DNA from: an uncultured bacterium | Lineage (GTDB): Bacteria > Bacillota > Clostridia > Christensenellales > CAG-917 | NCBI GenBank assembly: GCA_949432885.1 | Contig: CASQXY010000001.1 | Span: forward strand, 46,793-110,792 | Length of the DNA stretch: 64,000 bases | Reading direction: 5' to 3' | Shown: piece after piece, positions 48,820 to 58,480 of the stretch | Layout of the letters: the number at the start of each line of letters is the position of its first letter | How positions within the stretch are numbered: the stretch's first letter is position 1 | Position numbers and translations under genes: made by a program | Notes under the pieces: model-generated | What the model was told of the DNA's origin: nothing | The model's input: the letters and a program-made list of their open reading frames with translations, nothing else | Database searches by the model: none

Positions 48820-48843
48820 AAATATGAAATCGATTTCATATTT
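48820..48843. promoter_or_regulatory. Perfect 24-bp palindromic operator candidate downstream of the iscS promoter
   Basis: AAATATGAAATC|GATTTCATATTT; promoter TTGACA-17-TATACC at about 48854-48882 on the minus strand. Confidence 0.7.
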
Positions 48844-48904
48844 TGTCACTAACGGTATAACACCGACTCGCGCGATTGTCAACAGATTTATACTGTTTTC
48901 AAAC

Positions 48905-49639
48905 TTATTCTTCTACGGTAAGGGTCGCGTTGTGGTATACGTTCTGAACGTCGTCAAGCTCTTCGAGTCTGTCGATAAGTTTTATGATACTGCTTTGCTG
49001 TTCCTCGGTGGGTGTAACGTAATTGTCGGGAATCATCTGCGCCTCGGCGGATAGAATTGCAACGCCCGCCGCTTCGAGATTTTTGCGAACCTCCGCAAGC
49101 GCCGCGGTATCGGTATACACCTCGAACACCTCGTCGTCCTCCGAATTGATATCCTCCGCACCCGCGTCAAGCGCGTACAGCATGAGGTCATCCTCGCTTA
49201 CGTCCTCTTTTGAAACGGTTATCACACCCTTGCGCTTGAACATAAAGGAAACGCAGCCCGTCGTGCCCATTGAGCCGCCGAACTTGTCGAACAAGTGTCT
49301 TACGTCGCCCGCGGTACGGTTTTTATTGTCCGTAAGAGCCTCGACTATGAGCGCAGTACCTCCGACTCCGTAGCCCTCGTACACCATTTCCTCGTAGTTT
49401 ATACTGCCGAGCTCGCCGCTCGCTTTTTTTATACTGCGCGTAATATTGTCGTTGGGCATATTATTGTCCTTCGCCTTTGCGATGACCTGCGCGAGCTTGC
49501 TGTTGGAGTTGGGGTCAGGTCCGCCCTCCTTGACTGCAACCGCCAATTCTCTGCCTATCTTGGTGAAGATATTCGCTCTCGCGGCGTCGGTTTTGCCCTT
49601 CTTCTGTTGAATATTATGCCACTTACTGTGTCCGCTCAT
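48905..49639 (-). CDS. yebC: YebC/PmpR-family protein
   Basis: MSGHSKW, YEGYG.GG, TDNKNRT and DDVQNVYHN motifs. Confidence 0.96.
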   Translation of the reverse strand: MSGHSKWHNIQQKKGKTDAARANIFTKIGRELAVAVKEGGPDPNSNSKLAQVIAKAKDNNMPNDNITRSIKKASGELGSINYEEMVYEGYGVGGTALIVEALTDNKNRTAGDVRHLFDKFGGSMGTTGCVSFMFKRKGVITVSKEDVSEDDLMLYALDAGAEDINSEDDEVFEVYTDTAALAEVRKNLEAAGVAILSAEAQMIPDNYVTPTEEQQSSIIKLIDRLEELDDVQNVYHNATLTVEE

Positions 49640-49648
49640 ACTAAACTC

Positions 49649-50395
49649 CTATATTGTCCGATACATTGCCACCGCAGTTGCGACCGCAACGTTCAAAGAT
49701 TCCATTCCGTTTTTCATAGGCAAAGAATAGGTTTTCTTCGCCTCTCTTTTGATGATTTCTCTAACTCCGTGAGCTTCGTTGCCCGCTATAAACAGCAACG
49801 GTTCGCCCGTAACGCGCGCGTTCAAAATATTCTCTCCGCTCATATCCAGCGCCGCGCTGTCCGTCTCTCGCACAAGCGATATCGCCTGATTTTCGGTCAC
49901 CTCGCACACGCGCACCTTGAACAGCGCGCCGAGCGTGGCGCGTATGACCTTCGGAGAATACACGTCCGCGCAATCGAGAGCATACACATCGCAAAAATCG
50001 CAGGCTGCCGCCGTCCTCAGTATTGTGCCCAGATTGCCGGGGTCGGATACGCCGTCCAAAAGCAGAGCTTTGCCGACGGGTCGCAGGACGCCCACTGTCG
50101 GTATTCGGCAAACTGCGGCGATACCATACGGCGTAACCGTATCTGATATGCTTTCCATAACCGCTTGGGTGACGGCAAATATCTCCGCTCCTTCGCGCTC
50201 CGCCATAATCGACTTCGCCTCGTCAAGCCTAGCTTCCGTCGCAAATATGTACGCGATTTCCACTGACGTCGGCATGTCGCGCAAAAGGTTTATTCCCTCA
50301 ACCAAAAACAGTCCCGTCTCATTGCGGAACTTTTTTTGCGCGAGCGAACGCGCCGTTTTTACGAATTTGTTCTGGGTCGAAGCGATTACTTCCAC
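49649..50395 (-). CDS. TrmH/SpoU-family RNA methyltransferase
   Basis: DPGNLGTILRT, GNEAHG and ESLNVA motifs. Confidence 0.93.
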   Translation of the reverse strand: MEVIASTQNKFVKTARSLAQKKFRNETGLFLVEGINLLRDMPTSVEIAYIFATEARLDEAKSIMAEREGAEIFAVTQAVMESISDTVTPYGIAAVCRIPTVGVLRPVGKALLLDGVSDPGNLGTILRTAAACDFCDVYALDCADVYSPKVIRATLGALFKVRVCEVTENQAISLVRETDSAALDMSGENILNARVTGEPLLFIAGNEAHGVREIIKREAKKTYSLPMKNGMESLNVAVATAVAMYRTI

Positions 50396-50429
50396 TTAAT
50401 TCCGCTTTCGCACAGAGGCGATATATTTG

Positions 50430-50465
50430 TTTGCCCTTATAAATTTTGATATTTATAAGGGCAAA
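50430..50465 (-). terminator. Terminator after rplT
   Basis: TTTGCCCTTATAAAT ... ATTTATAAGGGCAAA. Confidence 0.7.
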
Positions 50466-50492
50466 ACGTGCGCATAACGCGTATAATCCCAA

Positions 50493-50846
50493 TTAAGCAA
50501 GCGCCTTTTTCGCGTTGTCGCAAAGCGACGTGAACGCGCTCGGGTCGCTTATCGCTATCTCGCTGAGCACCTTTCTGTTGAGGTCGATACCAGCGACTTT
50601 GAGTCCGTGCATAAGCGTCGAGTAGCTCATACCGTTGAGGCGTGCCGCCGCGTTGATACGCGCAATCCAGAGCTTTCTGAAATCGCGTTTCTTCTGCTTT
50701 CTGCCTACGTAAGCGTATTGACCGCTTTTAAGCAACTGTTGTTTGGCTATACGGTAAAGGGAATGCTTTGCGGCATAATAACCCTTTGCCTGTCTCATTA
50801 TCTTTCTGCGCTTTTTGACTGCGTTGACCGCTCTCTTGATTCTCAT
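50493..50846 (-). CDS. rplT: 50S ribosomal protein L20
   Basis: [16 protein letters not shown] and LNRKVL motifs. Confidence 0.98.
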   Translation of the reverse strand: MRIKRAVNAVKKRRKIMRQAKGYYAAKHSLYRIAKQQLLKSGQYAYVGRKQKKRDFRKLWIARINAAARLNGMSYSTLMHGLKVAGIDLNRKVLSEIAISDPSAFTSLCDNAKKALA

Positions 50847-50858
50847 ATGACGACCTCC

Positions 50859-51056
50859 TTATTTGTAAGGCAGGAGCTTTTTGAGCTCGCCGCTTCTGGT
50901 TTCGTCCACATATTCTATGGAACGAAGGTCTCTTTTTCTCTTCGTCGTCTTCTTGGTCAGAAGGTGGCTGTGAGCAGAATGACCTCTCTTGTAAAGTCCG
51001 TTTGCTGTGACGCGGAAACGCTTCTTTGCGCCGCTATGTGTTTTTTGCTTTGGCAT
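50859..51056 (-). CDS. rpmI: 50S ribosomal protein L35
   Basis: [15 protein letters not shown] terminus. Confidence 0.98.
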   Translation of the reverse strand: MPKQKTHSGAKKRFRVTANGLYKRGHSAHSHLLTKKTTKRKRDLRSIEYVDETRSGELKKLLPYK

Positions 51057-51107
51057 AGTCTGCCTCCTCTATTTTTTTGCTTGCCGTCCCCGAGGGAACG
51101 CGTTGAT

Positions 51108-51623
51108 TTACTTTTTGGCGGAAGGTGCGAGAATCGTATAAATTATCCTTCCCTCCTGCGTGGGTTTTTTCTCGACCGTAGCGCAATCGCCTACAAGAGC
51201 TATATAGTCTTCCACAATTTTAACCGCTATTTCGGGGTGCGCTTGCTGACGTCCTCTGAGCCTTATCGACGCCTTGACCTTGTTACCGTCCGTAAGGAAT
51301 TTTGCGGACTGAGCGGCAAGGCGCTTCGTATCGCCGACGTCGATGGTTGCGGAAAGACGGATTTCCTTGATTTCGGTCACGTGCTGATTTTTCTTTGCCT
51401 CTTTCTCGCGCTTCTGCTGCTCATAGCGGTATTTGCCGTAATCCATAAGCTTGCACGTCGGAGGCTGAACTCCGGGAGGGGTGACCTTGCAAAGGTCTAA
51501 GCCCGCGTTTTCCGCTACGGCGAGCGCGTCGCGCAAAGCCAAAACGCCGTACTGTTTGCCGTCCTCTCCGATAAGGCGCACCTCACGGTCTTTGATTTGT
51601 TCGTTGATGAAAAGGTCTTTCAA
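51108..51623 (-). CDS. infC: Translation initiation factor IF-3
   Basis: INEQI..EVRLI, MDYGKYRYE, KEIRL and RGR motifs; TTG start 6 nt after GAGGAG. Confidence 0.96.
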   Translation of the reverse strand: MKDLFINEQIKDREVRLIGEDGKQYGVLALRDALAVAENAGLDLCKVTPPGVQPPTCKLMDYGKYRYEQQKREKEAKKNQHVTEIKEIRLSATIDVGDTKRLAAQSAKFLTDGNKVKASIRLRGRQQAHPEIAVKIVEDYIALVGDCATVEKKPTQEGRIIYTILAPSAKK

Positions 51624-51664
51624 ATGTTTCTCCTCTCTCAATTTATTTGAGACTGTATGTCCTT

Positions 51665-51780
51665 TCGACAAAAAAACGTCGGCAGCAATGCTTCCGACGT
51701 CGAAACAGGCATAAGCCTAATTATCGTAATCACAACCACTTTGCGTGAGCAGGTGGTGAAAGGAAACCTTTGCTTGCCTA
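51665..51780 (-). ncRNA. L20 leader-like attenuator of infC-rpmI-rplT
   Basis: Leader lies after promoter TTGACA-17-TAGTAT (about 51784-51812). It contains the terminator GACGTCGG...CCGACGTTTTTTT and sits in the position of the Firmicutes L20 leader. Confidence 0.7.
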
Positions 51781-51988
51781 GATATACTACCAAATATTAT
51801 ATCCGTTGTCAACGGTTTTGATATTTTTATAAAAGAATTATGTCAATACATAACTGTTTCTATAATATTATCTTACATATCTTATAAATATACCAAAATG
51901 CGAATACATCGTTCAACAAGCCGAAATTATACTTTATATTGCGTAAACGAACAGCTTAAATGCCGTTTAATTGAATATAACGAGAATC

Positions 51989-53125
51989 TCAGTTCTCCGC
52001 CATAATTTGCTTTAAGGATATTTTTTTTATGCGTTGCACGTTTACAAAAATCATACCTTCATAAAGCAATATAAAAGCCGCAAGCGAAATAAGCATAACT
52101 ACATAGTCGAATTTCAATTCGGGAACCCCGAAGTCTTTGAACACCAGCTCCACCATGATTTTAAGCAGACCGTACTGATAAGCGGTGCCTATTGCAAAGC
52201 CCAAGTAGGCAAACGGCCTGTATCCGCCTAGCACCGCATTACAGCATTCCGTTCGGGAATAACCGAAAACCCTAAGCATGGCAAGCGTCTTGGCGTTGCC
52301 GTTCACTGCGGATACGACTGCGATAAGCATGGACAGAAAAGCGAGCGCAAGCCCTATGACCATCATCATCGCCATCAGCATGGGCCCCGCATAATCGTCC
52401 ATACTCACGGACATCTGCGTCATGGCGGAAAAGCAGAAGGACGCAAACATAATAAAAAAGACAAGCGTTTTCTTGGAGCTCAGCACGCTTCTTTTCAGAC
52501 TTACGAGAAACGGCTTGTCATCGGGCTTCTCCCTGCACATTTTATCCGAACATTTTTCTCTGTCCTTTATCAGCTCGATAACAGGTCGGGAAAGTTTTAT
52601 TGCGGCGTATAGTATCGCGCCGACCGCAAACAAGACGGTGGGTATTATCACCGTATAAGCCAATACCTCGGCATGAAAGCCGATCGCAAGCTCGGGCAAT
52701 GCGCCGCCCTCGGTCTGCGCGCGGTAGAACTCGGGCATAATTGCGTACGAGATTGCAAAACCCAGCGCCGTGCCGAAGAATACGCCGAATCCGAAACTCC
52801 AAAAATGCAACGCTATCCTAAAATTCGAGTATCCCATGGCTTTGAGAATACCGAGCTCATTTTTATGCGCGTCTATATAGTTTTTAATATAAAAGAACAG
52901 CATTATCATCGCCGCGACTCCGAGGCATCCGCCCGTGACTGCGACAACCACTTTCGCCGTGAGAACCTGCGCTTTATAAAGCGCCGCCGCCTGCGCGCCT
53001 GCCATATCCGCCGCAAGATTTACGTCGATAAGATAATTCAGAAACATAGCGCAGACCAACACCGCGCAGAACGATATTGCGGATATTCCTATCAGTTTTA
53101 AGGAATCCTTGACTCCGACAATCAT
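51989..53125 (-). CDS. FtsX-like ABC transporter permease
   Basis: Two FtsX-type motifs (ELGILKAMGYS, LAMLRVFGYS); many TM helices. Confidence 0.88.
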   Translation of the reverse strand: MIVGVKDSLKLIGISAISFCAVLVCAMFLNYLIDVNLAADMAGAQAAALYKAQVLTAKVVVAVTGGCLGVAAMIMLFFYIKNYIDAHKNELGILKAMGYSNFRIALHFWSFGFGVFFGTALGFAISYAIMPEFYRAQTEGGALPELAIGFHAEVLAYTVIIPTVLFAVGAILYAAIKLSRPVIELIKDREKCSDKMCREKPDDKPFLVSLKRSVLSSKKTLVFFIMFASFCFSAMTQMSVSMDDYAGPMLMAMMMVIGLALAFLSMLIAVVSAVNGNAKTLAMLRVFGYSRTECCNAVLGGYRPFAYLGFAIGTAYQYGLLKIMVELVFKDFGVPELKFDYVVMLISLAAFILLYEGMIFVNVQRIKKISLKQIMAEN

Positions 53126-53126
53126 T

Positions 53127-53819
53127 TTACCACCCGATTTCGTATGCGCTTTTTACAGTTTGATTTTGATAAATCTCGGAGATTCTTCCGCTGTTCATGC
53201 ATACGACGATATCCGCCATCTCCGCGATATTCCTGTTGTGCGTGACCATAATCATGGTAAATCCCAGTTCCTTTTGCAAACCGCATATATAATCCAACGC
53301 CTGTCTTCCCGTCTGCTCGTCGAGTGCGCCCGTGGGCTCGTCGAGGAACAGCACCTGCGGTTTTTTTGCGAGCGCTCTTGCAATCGCAACCCTCTGCTGT
53401 TCTCCTCCCGACAGCGACGACGGACGTTTGCGCAGTTTATCACCCAATCCTACGGCTGTGATAATACTTTTATAATCCTCATTCTTAGCCAAATCCGCAC
53501 CCAGTTTTACGTTCTGCTCCACACTGAGATGAGGAAGGAGGTAGTATTGCTGGAAAATGAACCCCACCTTATTTTTGCGAAACTGAGTAAGCTGTTTATC
53601 GTCGTAAAGAGAGATATTTTCTCCGTCGTAAATCACCGAACCTCCGTCCGGTTTATCGAGTCCCGAAGCGACGTTTAGCAAGGTGGATTTTCCCGACCCC
53701 GACGCCCCCAGTATCACAGCAAAACGTCCGTCTTCGATATTGAAGCTCACGCCTTTGAGCACTTCGACGCAACTCTCGCCTGCGCCGTATCTTTTTACCA
53801 CGTCCTTTATCTCAATCAT
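53127..53819 (-). CDS. ABC transporter ATP-binding protein (LolD/MacB-type)
   Basis: [31 protein letters not shown] and VTH motifs. Confidence 0.95.
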   Translation of the reverse strand: MIEIKDVVKRYGAGESCVEVLKGVSFNIEDGRFAVILGASGSGKSTLLNVASGLDKPDGGSVIYDGENISLYDDKQLTQFRKNKVGFIFQQYYLLPHLSVEQNVKLGADLAKNEDYKSIITAVGLGDKLRKRPSSLSGGEQQRVAIARALAKKPQVLFLDEPTGALDEQTGRQALDYICGLQKELGFTMIMVTHNRNIAEMADIVVCMNSGRISEIYQNQTVKSAYEIGW

Positions 53820-54393
53820 CTTTCCCTTCCGACTTTATCCTCGTAATAACGCTCGTACATACGTCCGTCAGCATTTCGCTTATCTGTTCCGCAGAGAACA
53901 TACACGTGCCCGTCGCACACAGCGTGGCTATGCCGTGCGTATAAATCCACAGGTGACGGTAAAGTCTGACGGAATCGGAATCGCCGAGCCCGTAAGAATT
54001 TCTTATAGAATCTAGAATTTTGATGTAATTCTCCTCTATATAAAACAAAACGTTGTCTATATTCGGCTTATTCTTGCTCTCTGTCATAAACAGGAGGCGG
54101 AATAATTGCGGCTCCTCTATTGCAAACAAGATATATTGCGTGCCGACTCCCTTAAACGGTATTTTTGAGCTTAATCCTCTTTCGACGTACTCGTCATAAA
54201 GAGCATAAGCGCGCTTTTTGACTTCGTCTGTCACCTCGTCCATACCTTTGAACAAAGTGAATACAGGTCTTGCCGAACTGCCGAGTTGCGCGGCGAGACT
54301 TCTTGCCGTCAACGCGCCCACTCCGCCCATCTTGACCAGTCCGAACGCGGCGTCGACAACCTCTTCTCTCGTAAACTTTGCTTTCGGCGGCAT
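53812..54393 (-). CDS. TetR-family regulator
   Basis: N-terminal HTH (LTARSLAAQLGSSARPVF); W..HG C-terminal motif. Confidence 0.92.
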   Translation of the reverse strand: MPPKAKFTREEVVDAAFGLVKMGGVGALTARSLAAQLGSSARPVFTLFKGMDEVTDEVKKRAYALYDEYVERGLSSKIPFKGVGTQYILFAIEEPQLFRLLFMTESKNKPNIDNVLFYIEENYIKILDSIRNSYGLGDSDSVRLYRHLWIYTHGIATLCATGTCMFSAEQISEMLTDVCTSVITRIKSEGKDD

Positions 54394-54426
54394 AATATAC
54401 CCTCCATCGTTCTAATTCCATTTATA

Positions 54427-54442
54427 CAAAACATGCGTTTTG
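54427..54442. promoter_or_regulatory. Candidate TetR operator
   Basis: CAAAAC-atgc-GTTTTG, just downstream of TTGACA-17-TAAAAT (about 54456-54484, minus strand). Confidence 0.45.
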
Positions 54443-54550
54443 AAACATATATTTTATTTTACACATTCTCATATCCGCTGTCAATGAAATTTTAAAACCC
54501 GATTGTACCGCTTAAATGAGTTGATAAAACGTTTTTCGGAAGTATTGTAC

Positions 54551-54579
54551 AAAAAGGACGGGCAAATGCCCGTCCCTTT
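54551..54579 (-). terminator. Terminator after spoIIIAH
   Basis: GGACGGGCA-tt-TGCCCGTCC followed by TTTTT. Confidence 0.85.
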
Positions 54580-54624
54580 ATAAGCGGTGTCAACGCCTCC
54601 TTTCTCCTCCCCTGTCGACCCTTG

Positions 54625-55128
54625 TTATGCGTAAGGAATGACCTTTACAGTCGCAGGCTTACACTTCATTTCGGAAACTACGAGCGCCAGCACCTGATTC
54701 GCCTGCTCTTCCGTAAGATCCGCCTTACAGATGACCACGTTTACGCCGCCGTCGCCGATTGTTACGATTGCGTCCTCAAAGCCTTTGCCCTTTATCATGG
54801 TTTCAAGAGACAGTTCCTGCTCCATACGCTTGACGAGAAGCATTTTTTGCTGTTCCGCCTCCGTCTTGGCACTTGCGGAGCTGTTTTCGGATTTCATGAT
54901 TGCGTCGAGATACAGAAATTCCGATTCTCTCGTAGTCTGTCTGTCGCTGCGAGCCGCAACGAAGAACGTCTGCGTCACCGAGTTGTCAACTATGGGCGAG
55001 CCTGTGCCATTCGAGCCGTTCAACTTGTCGTTAAGCACAAAATTGAGCACGCCCGTTGTCACCAACAGCACAATCATAACTGACAATACGAGGATTTTTT
55101 TTGTTTTTGACTTCATCTTTGCTTTCAT
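54625..55128 (-). CDS. spoIIIAH: Stage III sporulation protein AH
   Basis: N-terminal TM helix; FF..ARSDR and ETMIKGKGFEDAIV motifs; last gene of the operon. Confidence 0.92.
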   Translation of the reverse strand: MKAKMKSKTKKILVLSVMIVLLVTTGVLNFVLNDKLNGSNGTGSPIVDNSVTQTFFVAARSDRQTTRESEFLYLDAIMKSENSSASAKTEAEQQKMLLVKRMEQELSLETMIKGKGFEDAIVTIGDGGVNVVICKADLTEEQANQVLALVVSEMKCKPATVKVIPYA

Positions 55129-55153
55129 ATATTCCTCCTATATGGTTCCTGAT

Positions 55154-55561
55154 TTATTTGCGGCTGTACACGTTTACCACGCTCTTATCCACTCCGAGAG
55201 CGGTTGCCGCCGCGTCTATAAGCCTGATGCGAACGTATATATCATCCGCGCCGTCCGCTATTACAAGCACTCCTACTATGACGTTGTCCTTTTCGGTTAT
55301 CATCGCCTCGACAGTGCCTGCGCCGTCTACATTGCTCAGAATTGAGCTTAGCCGCTGTTCGTCCGAAGTCATAACGGCGCTAATCGACGTACGCTCATCT
55401 TTCTTCGACTTCGACGTCATCACGCTAGAATATATGATAAGCGCAACGGCGATTATGAATACAACAGCAATAATTTGCAGATTTTTTATGTTTTTAAATT
55501 TTTTGAAAAATCCGTTTACCGCGAATTTTGTCGAATTTTTTCTTTCATCGCAAACTTCCAT
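55154..55561 (-). CDS. spoIIIAG: Stage III sporulation protein AG (short)
   Basis: EQRL..ILS...GAG.V..MIT and GVLVIADGA motifs. Confidence 0.9.
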   Translation of the reverse strand: MEVCDERKNSTKFAVNGFFKKFKNIKNLQIIAVVFIIAVALIIYSSVMTSKSKKDERTSISAVMTSDEQRLSSILSNVDGAGTVEAMITEKDNVIVGVLVIADGADDIYVRIRLIDAAATALGVDKSVVNVYSRK

Positions 55562-55644
55562 ATAATCCTCCTAACACGCGTTGCGCGCGCACGCATACGC
55601 GCTGTTCCTAAATTTACGCCGCTTAGTCTGCGCTTTGCGGTTTT

Positions 55645-56112
55645 TCAGCTCGGCGAGACTATAACGCTCACGGTCTTCCTGTCGCATCCGAGCTTTTCGG
55701 ATATCAGCTTTTCCACTTCCGCCGTCACATTCGGTGCGGTCTCCGCCTTGAAATTTGTCACGGTAACCTCCACGCTTTTAAGCGTAATAGGCATTTTGTC
55801 CTCGACCGCAATTTTCACCCGCGCGGCATAACCGTTTTCAGACAGATACTTTTCCAGATTCGCCGCCGTATTTTGCGTGTAAGCCGTATACGTGGAATTT
55901 ACGTATTTATCGTCGACTTCAAACGTATAGCCGTCGAGGTTAAGCCGCCATTCATTGCCGAGGAGTTTGGGAAGAGGCGCGGCGATTACAAACACCACAA
56001 GCAGTGAAAACGCTCCTCGGACATACTTTGAGGTCTGTCCTTCCGGAAGTACGATTTCCAGCAGCAGTCCGAGACAGATGACACCCACTATCGACATTAT
56101 CCAAGCTCCCAT
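55645..56112 (-). CDS. spoIIIAF: Stage III sporulation protein AF
   Basis: W......LEIVLP.G...KYV motif; operon order. Confidence 0.88.
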   Translation of the reverse strand: MGAWIMSIVGVICLGLLLEIVLPEGQTSKYVRGAFSLLVVFVIAAPLPKLLGNEWRLNLDGYTFEVDDKYVNSTYTAYTQNTAANLEKYLSENGYAARVKIAVEDKMPITLKSVEVTVTNFKAETAPNVTAEVEKLISEKLGCDRKTVSVIVSPS

Positions 56113-56121
56113 TGCCGCCTC

Positions 56122-57384
56122 CTATATACCCATATTGCAACTGCCTATAAACAGCATCATAAGCACGTAAAACAGAAATCCCACGCCTGTCAGCGCCGTT
56201 ATCAACAAATTGACGTTTCCCGCCACACTGCTTAGAAGTCCCGATATTCTGGCGTCGCCTATCGGCTCGGCGATTGCCGCTGTGAGACGCAGCGCAAGAG
56301 TGAATACGACCACCTTGACAAGGGGGAACAACACTATGCATACAAGTATCACGGCGCCGCTGTATCCGAGCGCGTTTTTGACCAAAACGAGCGAAGTGCT
56401 CAGCAGGTCGAATCCGTCCGAAAGATAGCCTCCGAGAACGGGAACGTAACTTGACAATGCGAATTTGGCTACATTAAACCCGAATTTGTCAACTACGCCG
56501 CCCGTTATTCCCTGCACCGTGAGGAAGGTCGCAAACAGTCCGAACACGATTCCTATAAGCCAAGTCGAGGCGGATTTTATGACCTTGGTCAGCTTGTCCA
56601 GCTTCACCGTTTTGGAGATATTCCCTACCACAATAAACACAATCGTAGCGACGAAAGCAGGCACTATCACAGCGGAAACCAAGCGCATAATAAATCCGCT
56701 CAGCACCGCCATAAGAGGCGAATACGTCGCAACAGTCGTCGCGCCTCCCAGCATTGAAAGCAAGGTCAGCAGTATCGGGAATATCGCGCCCGCAAGACCC
56801 GATAGCATGGATATTGTTTCAGTCACTGTTCGGACTACTCCCGCTATTCCCGTCATGAGCACTATGACAACCGCGCAATAGCATACGATATGCACGACCT
56901 CCGTCGTCGAGCCTCCCGCAAAGCCGCTCGTCATTCCTCCGAGCATATTTTTCAGAAGGCATATCACAATCACCGTAAGAAAGGCTGGCAGAAATCCCGC
57001 GAAATATCTTCCGAGCGAGTTTGCGAGCAAATTCATCAGCTTCCCGAAAAAGTCGTGCGCTTCTCCGTTTACAAGCGATTTTAATGTTTGCCTGACGTCG
57101 TTTATATCGAGAACCTGCCTCTGCTGTTCGTCAAGAGAGTTTATAAAATCCTGCAATTCGGATAAATCCAGTCTGTCAATCGCCTGATTCACAGCTTCGG
57201 ACAGCTCCTTTCGCACTTCCTCTTCGCTCTTGCTCTCCTCCGCTCTCGCCACGTCTACGCTGATAAATTCGGCAACGGTGAACAGTATGAGTAAAACGGT
57301 AATTACCGTGAGAAGAATCATTATTCTCCTCGCGCTCTTTTTGCGCTTTGCTTTCGGTATCTCGATAAGTCTCACTCCCGTCAT
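56122..57384 (-). CDS. spoIIIAE: Stage III sporulation protein AE
   Basis: Multi-TM protein; KF....VPVLG..LSD, KNALG and EPIGD motifs. Confidence 0.92.
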   Translation of the reverse strand: MTGVRLIEIPKAKRKKSARRIMILLTVITVLLILFTVAEFISVDVARAEESKSEEEVRKELSEAVNQAIDRLDLSELQDFINSLDEQQRQVLDINDVRQTLKSLVNGEAHDFFGKLMNLLANSLGRYFAGFLPAFLTVIVICLLKNMLGGMTSGFAGGSTTEVVHIVCYCAVVIVLMTGIAGVVRTVTETISMLSGLAGAIFPILLTLLSMLGGATTVATYSPLMAVLSGFIMRLVSAVIVPAFVATIVFIVVGNISKTVKLDKLTKVIKSASTWLIGIVFGLFATFLTVQGITGGVVDKFGFNVAKFALSSYVPVLGGYLSDGFDLLSTSLVLVKNALGYSGAVILVCIVLFPLVKVVVFTLALRLTAAIAEPIGDARISGLLSSVAGNVNLLITALTGVGFLFYVLMMLFIGSCNMGI

Positions 57385-57767
57385 AATTTCACCAAAGCGG
57401 ATACTACGTCGATAAGCGCGGTAACTATGGATATGCTCATAATAAATATCACGATTTTACCGCCGAAATTCAGCTTCTGCGCGATGGAACCGCATCCTGC
57501 GTCGTTTGCAACCGAAGCGGAATATTCGGTAAGATAGCCTATGCCTATAATCTTCAATACCGCTGTAAAGATTGCGTCGTCGACGCCGCTTTTGCGCACG
57601 ATATCGTCGAAGGCGAGCACTACGCTCTGCAATGCCGACAGCATCGTTACGACCATAACTACGCCCGTCGCTATCGTAGCGAATACGGCGAATTCAGGCT
57701 TTGCGGTTCTTAGCAAAGACACTACGATTACGCCTATTATAGCAATCCCTACAAGTTTGAAAATCAT
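57381..57767 (-). CDS. spoIIIAD: Stage III sporulation protein AD
   Basis: KPEFA and LKIIGIGYL.E...DAG...IA.K....GK motifs. Confidence 0.93.
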   Translation of the reverse strand: MIFKLVGIAIIGVIVVSLLRTAKPEFAVFATIATGVVMVVTMLSALQSVVLAFDDIVRKSGVDDAIFTAVLKIIGIGYLTEYSASVANDAGCGSIAQKLNFGGKIVIFIMSISIVTALIDVVSALVKL

Positions 57768-57771
57768 AAGC

Positions 57772-57969
57772 TCAGTATAGCGACAGTATGGATTTCAAAG
57801 TGTCGAACAGTCCGCCCAGCATATCTATCACAAGTACGGCGACGATAATAAGCCCCGCAAGCGTGGCGAACGTAGCGATTTCGTCTCGGTCGCTCTTTTT
57901 CAGAATCACGCACACTATGGCGGTCAGCAAACCTATGCCTGCGATTTTCAGTATTATATCCGTATTCAT
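57772..57969 (-). CDS. spoIIIAC: Stage III sporulation protein AC
   Basis: I.KIAGIG...ILK...RDE.A...TLAG motif. Confidence 0.93.
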   Translation of the reverse strand: MNTDIILKIAGIGLLTAIVCVILKKSDRDEIATFATLAGLIIVAVLVIDMLGGLFDTLKSILSLY

Positions 57970-57976
57970 TTTCACC

Positions 57977-58480
57977 TCACGCCAAAATCAACAATATAGC
58001 CAGTCCAAGCAATACGCACAGTTTGAAATACATTCCTCCGAGCCGCTTGCTGTCTTCCTCGCACTTCTTGAACTTCTGTTCAAACAGGTTCTTATAATGC
58101 GTTACCTGCGCAAGCTGGTCGGTCAGAGCGCTCTTTCCCGAGCCGCACAGAAATCCCATAACCTCTTTTTTCTCTTCCTTTTTCAGAATGGGAACATTCA
58201 CCTTCTCCGACGAGCTTGCATTATATCCGCCCTCTTTCATAATCGAGATACTTTCTGATAGAAGCTTTTCAAAATCTCCTTTTCTGCCCTGCACAAATTT
58301 CTCCGCTATTTCGGGAATGGGAGTTTTGTTCAGCGCCAGCTCGCTCGACATAGAATTTGCATATTCGCATGCGGATTTGAAAAAATCAGCTCTGTCGCGG
58401 TATCTGCGCTTTATCAGCAATCCGACATAACAGGCGATTAGAGCAAGCAAACCGCCCGCGATTATTTTCAGTACGCTCAT
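57977..58480 (-). CDS. spoIIIAB: Stage III sporulation protein AB
   Basis: N- and C-terminal TM helices; G.S....Q motif; operon order. Confidence 0.88.
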   Translation of the reverse strand: MSVLKIIAGGLLALIACYVGLLIKRRYRDRADFFKSACEYANSMSSELALNKTPIPEIAEKFVQGRKGDFEKLLSESISIMKEGGYNASSSEKVNVPILKKEEKKEVMGFLCGSGKSALTDQLAQVTHYKNLFEQKFKKCEEDSKRLGGMYFKLCVLLGLAILLILA

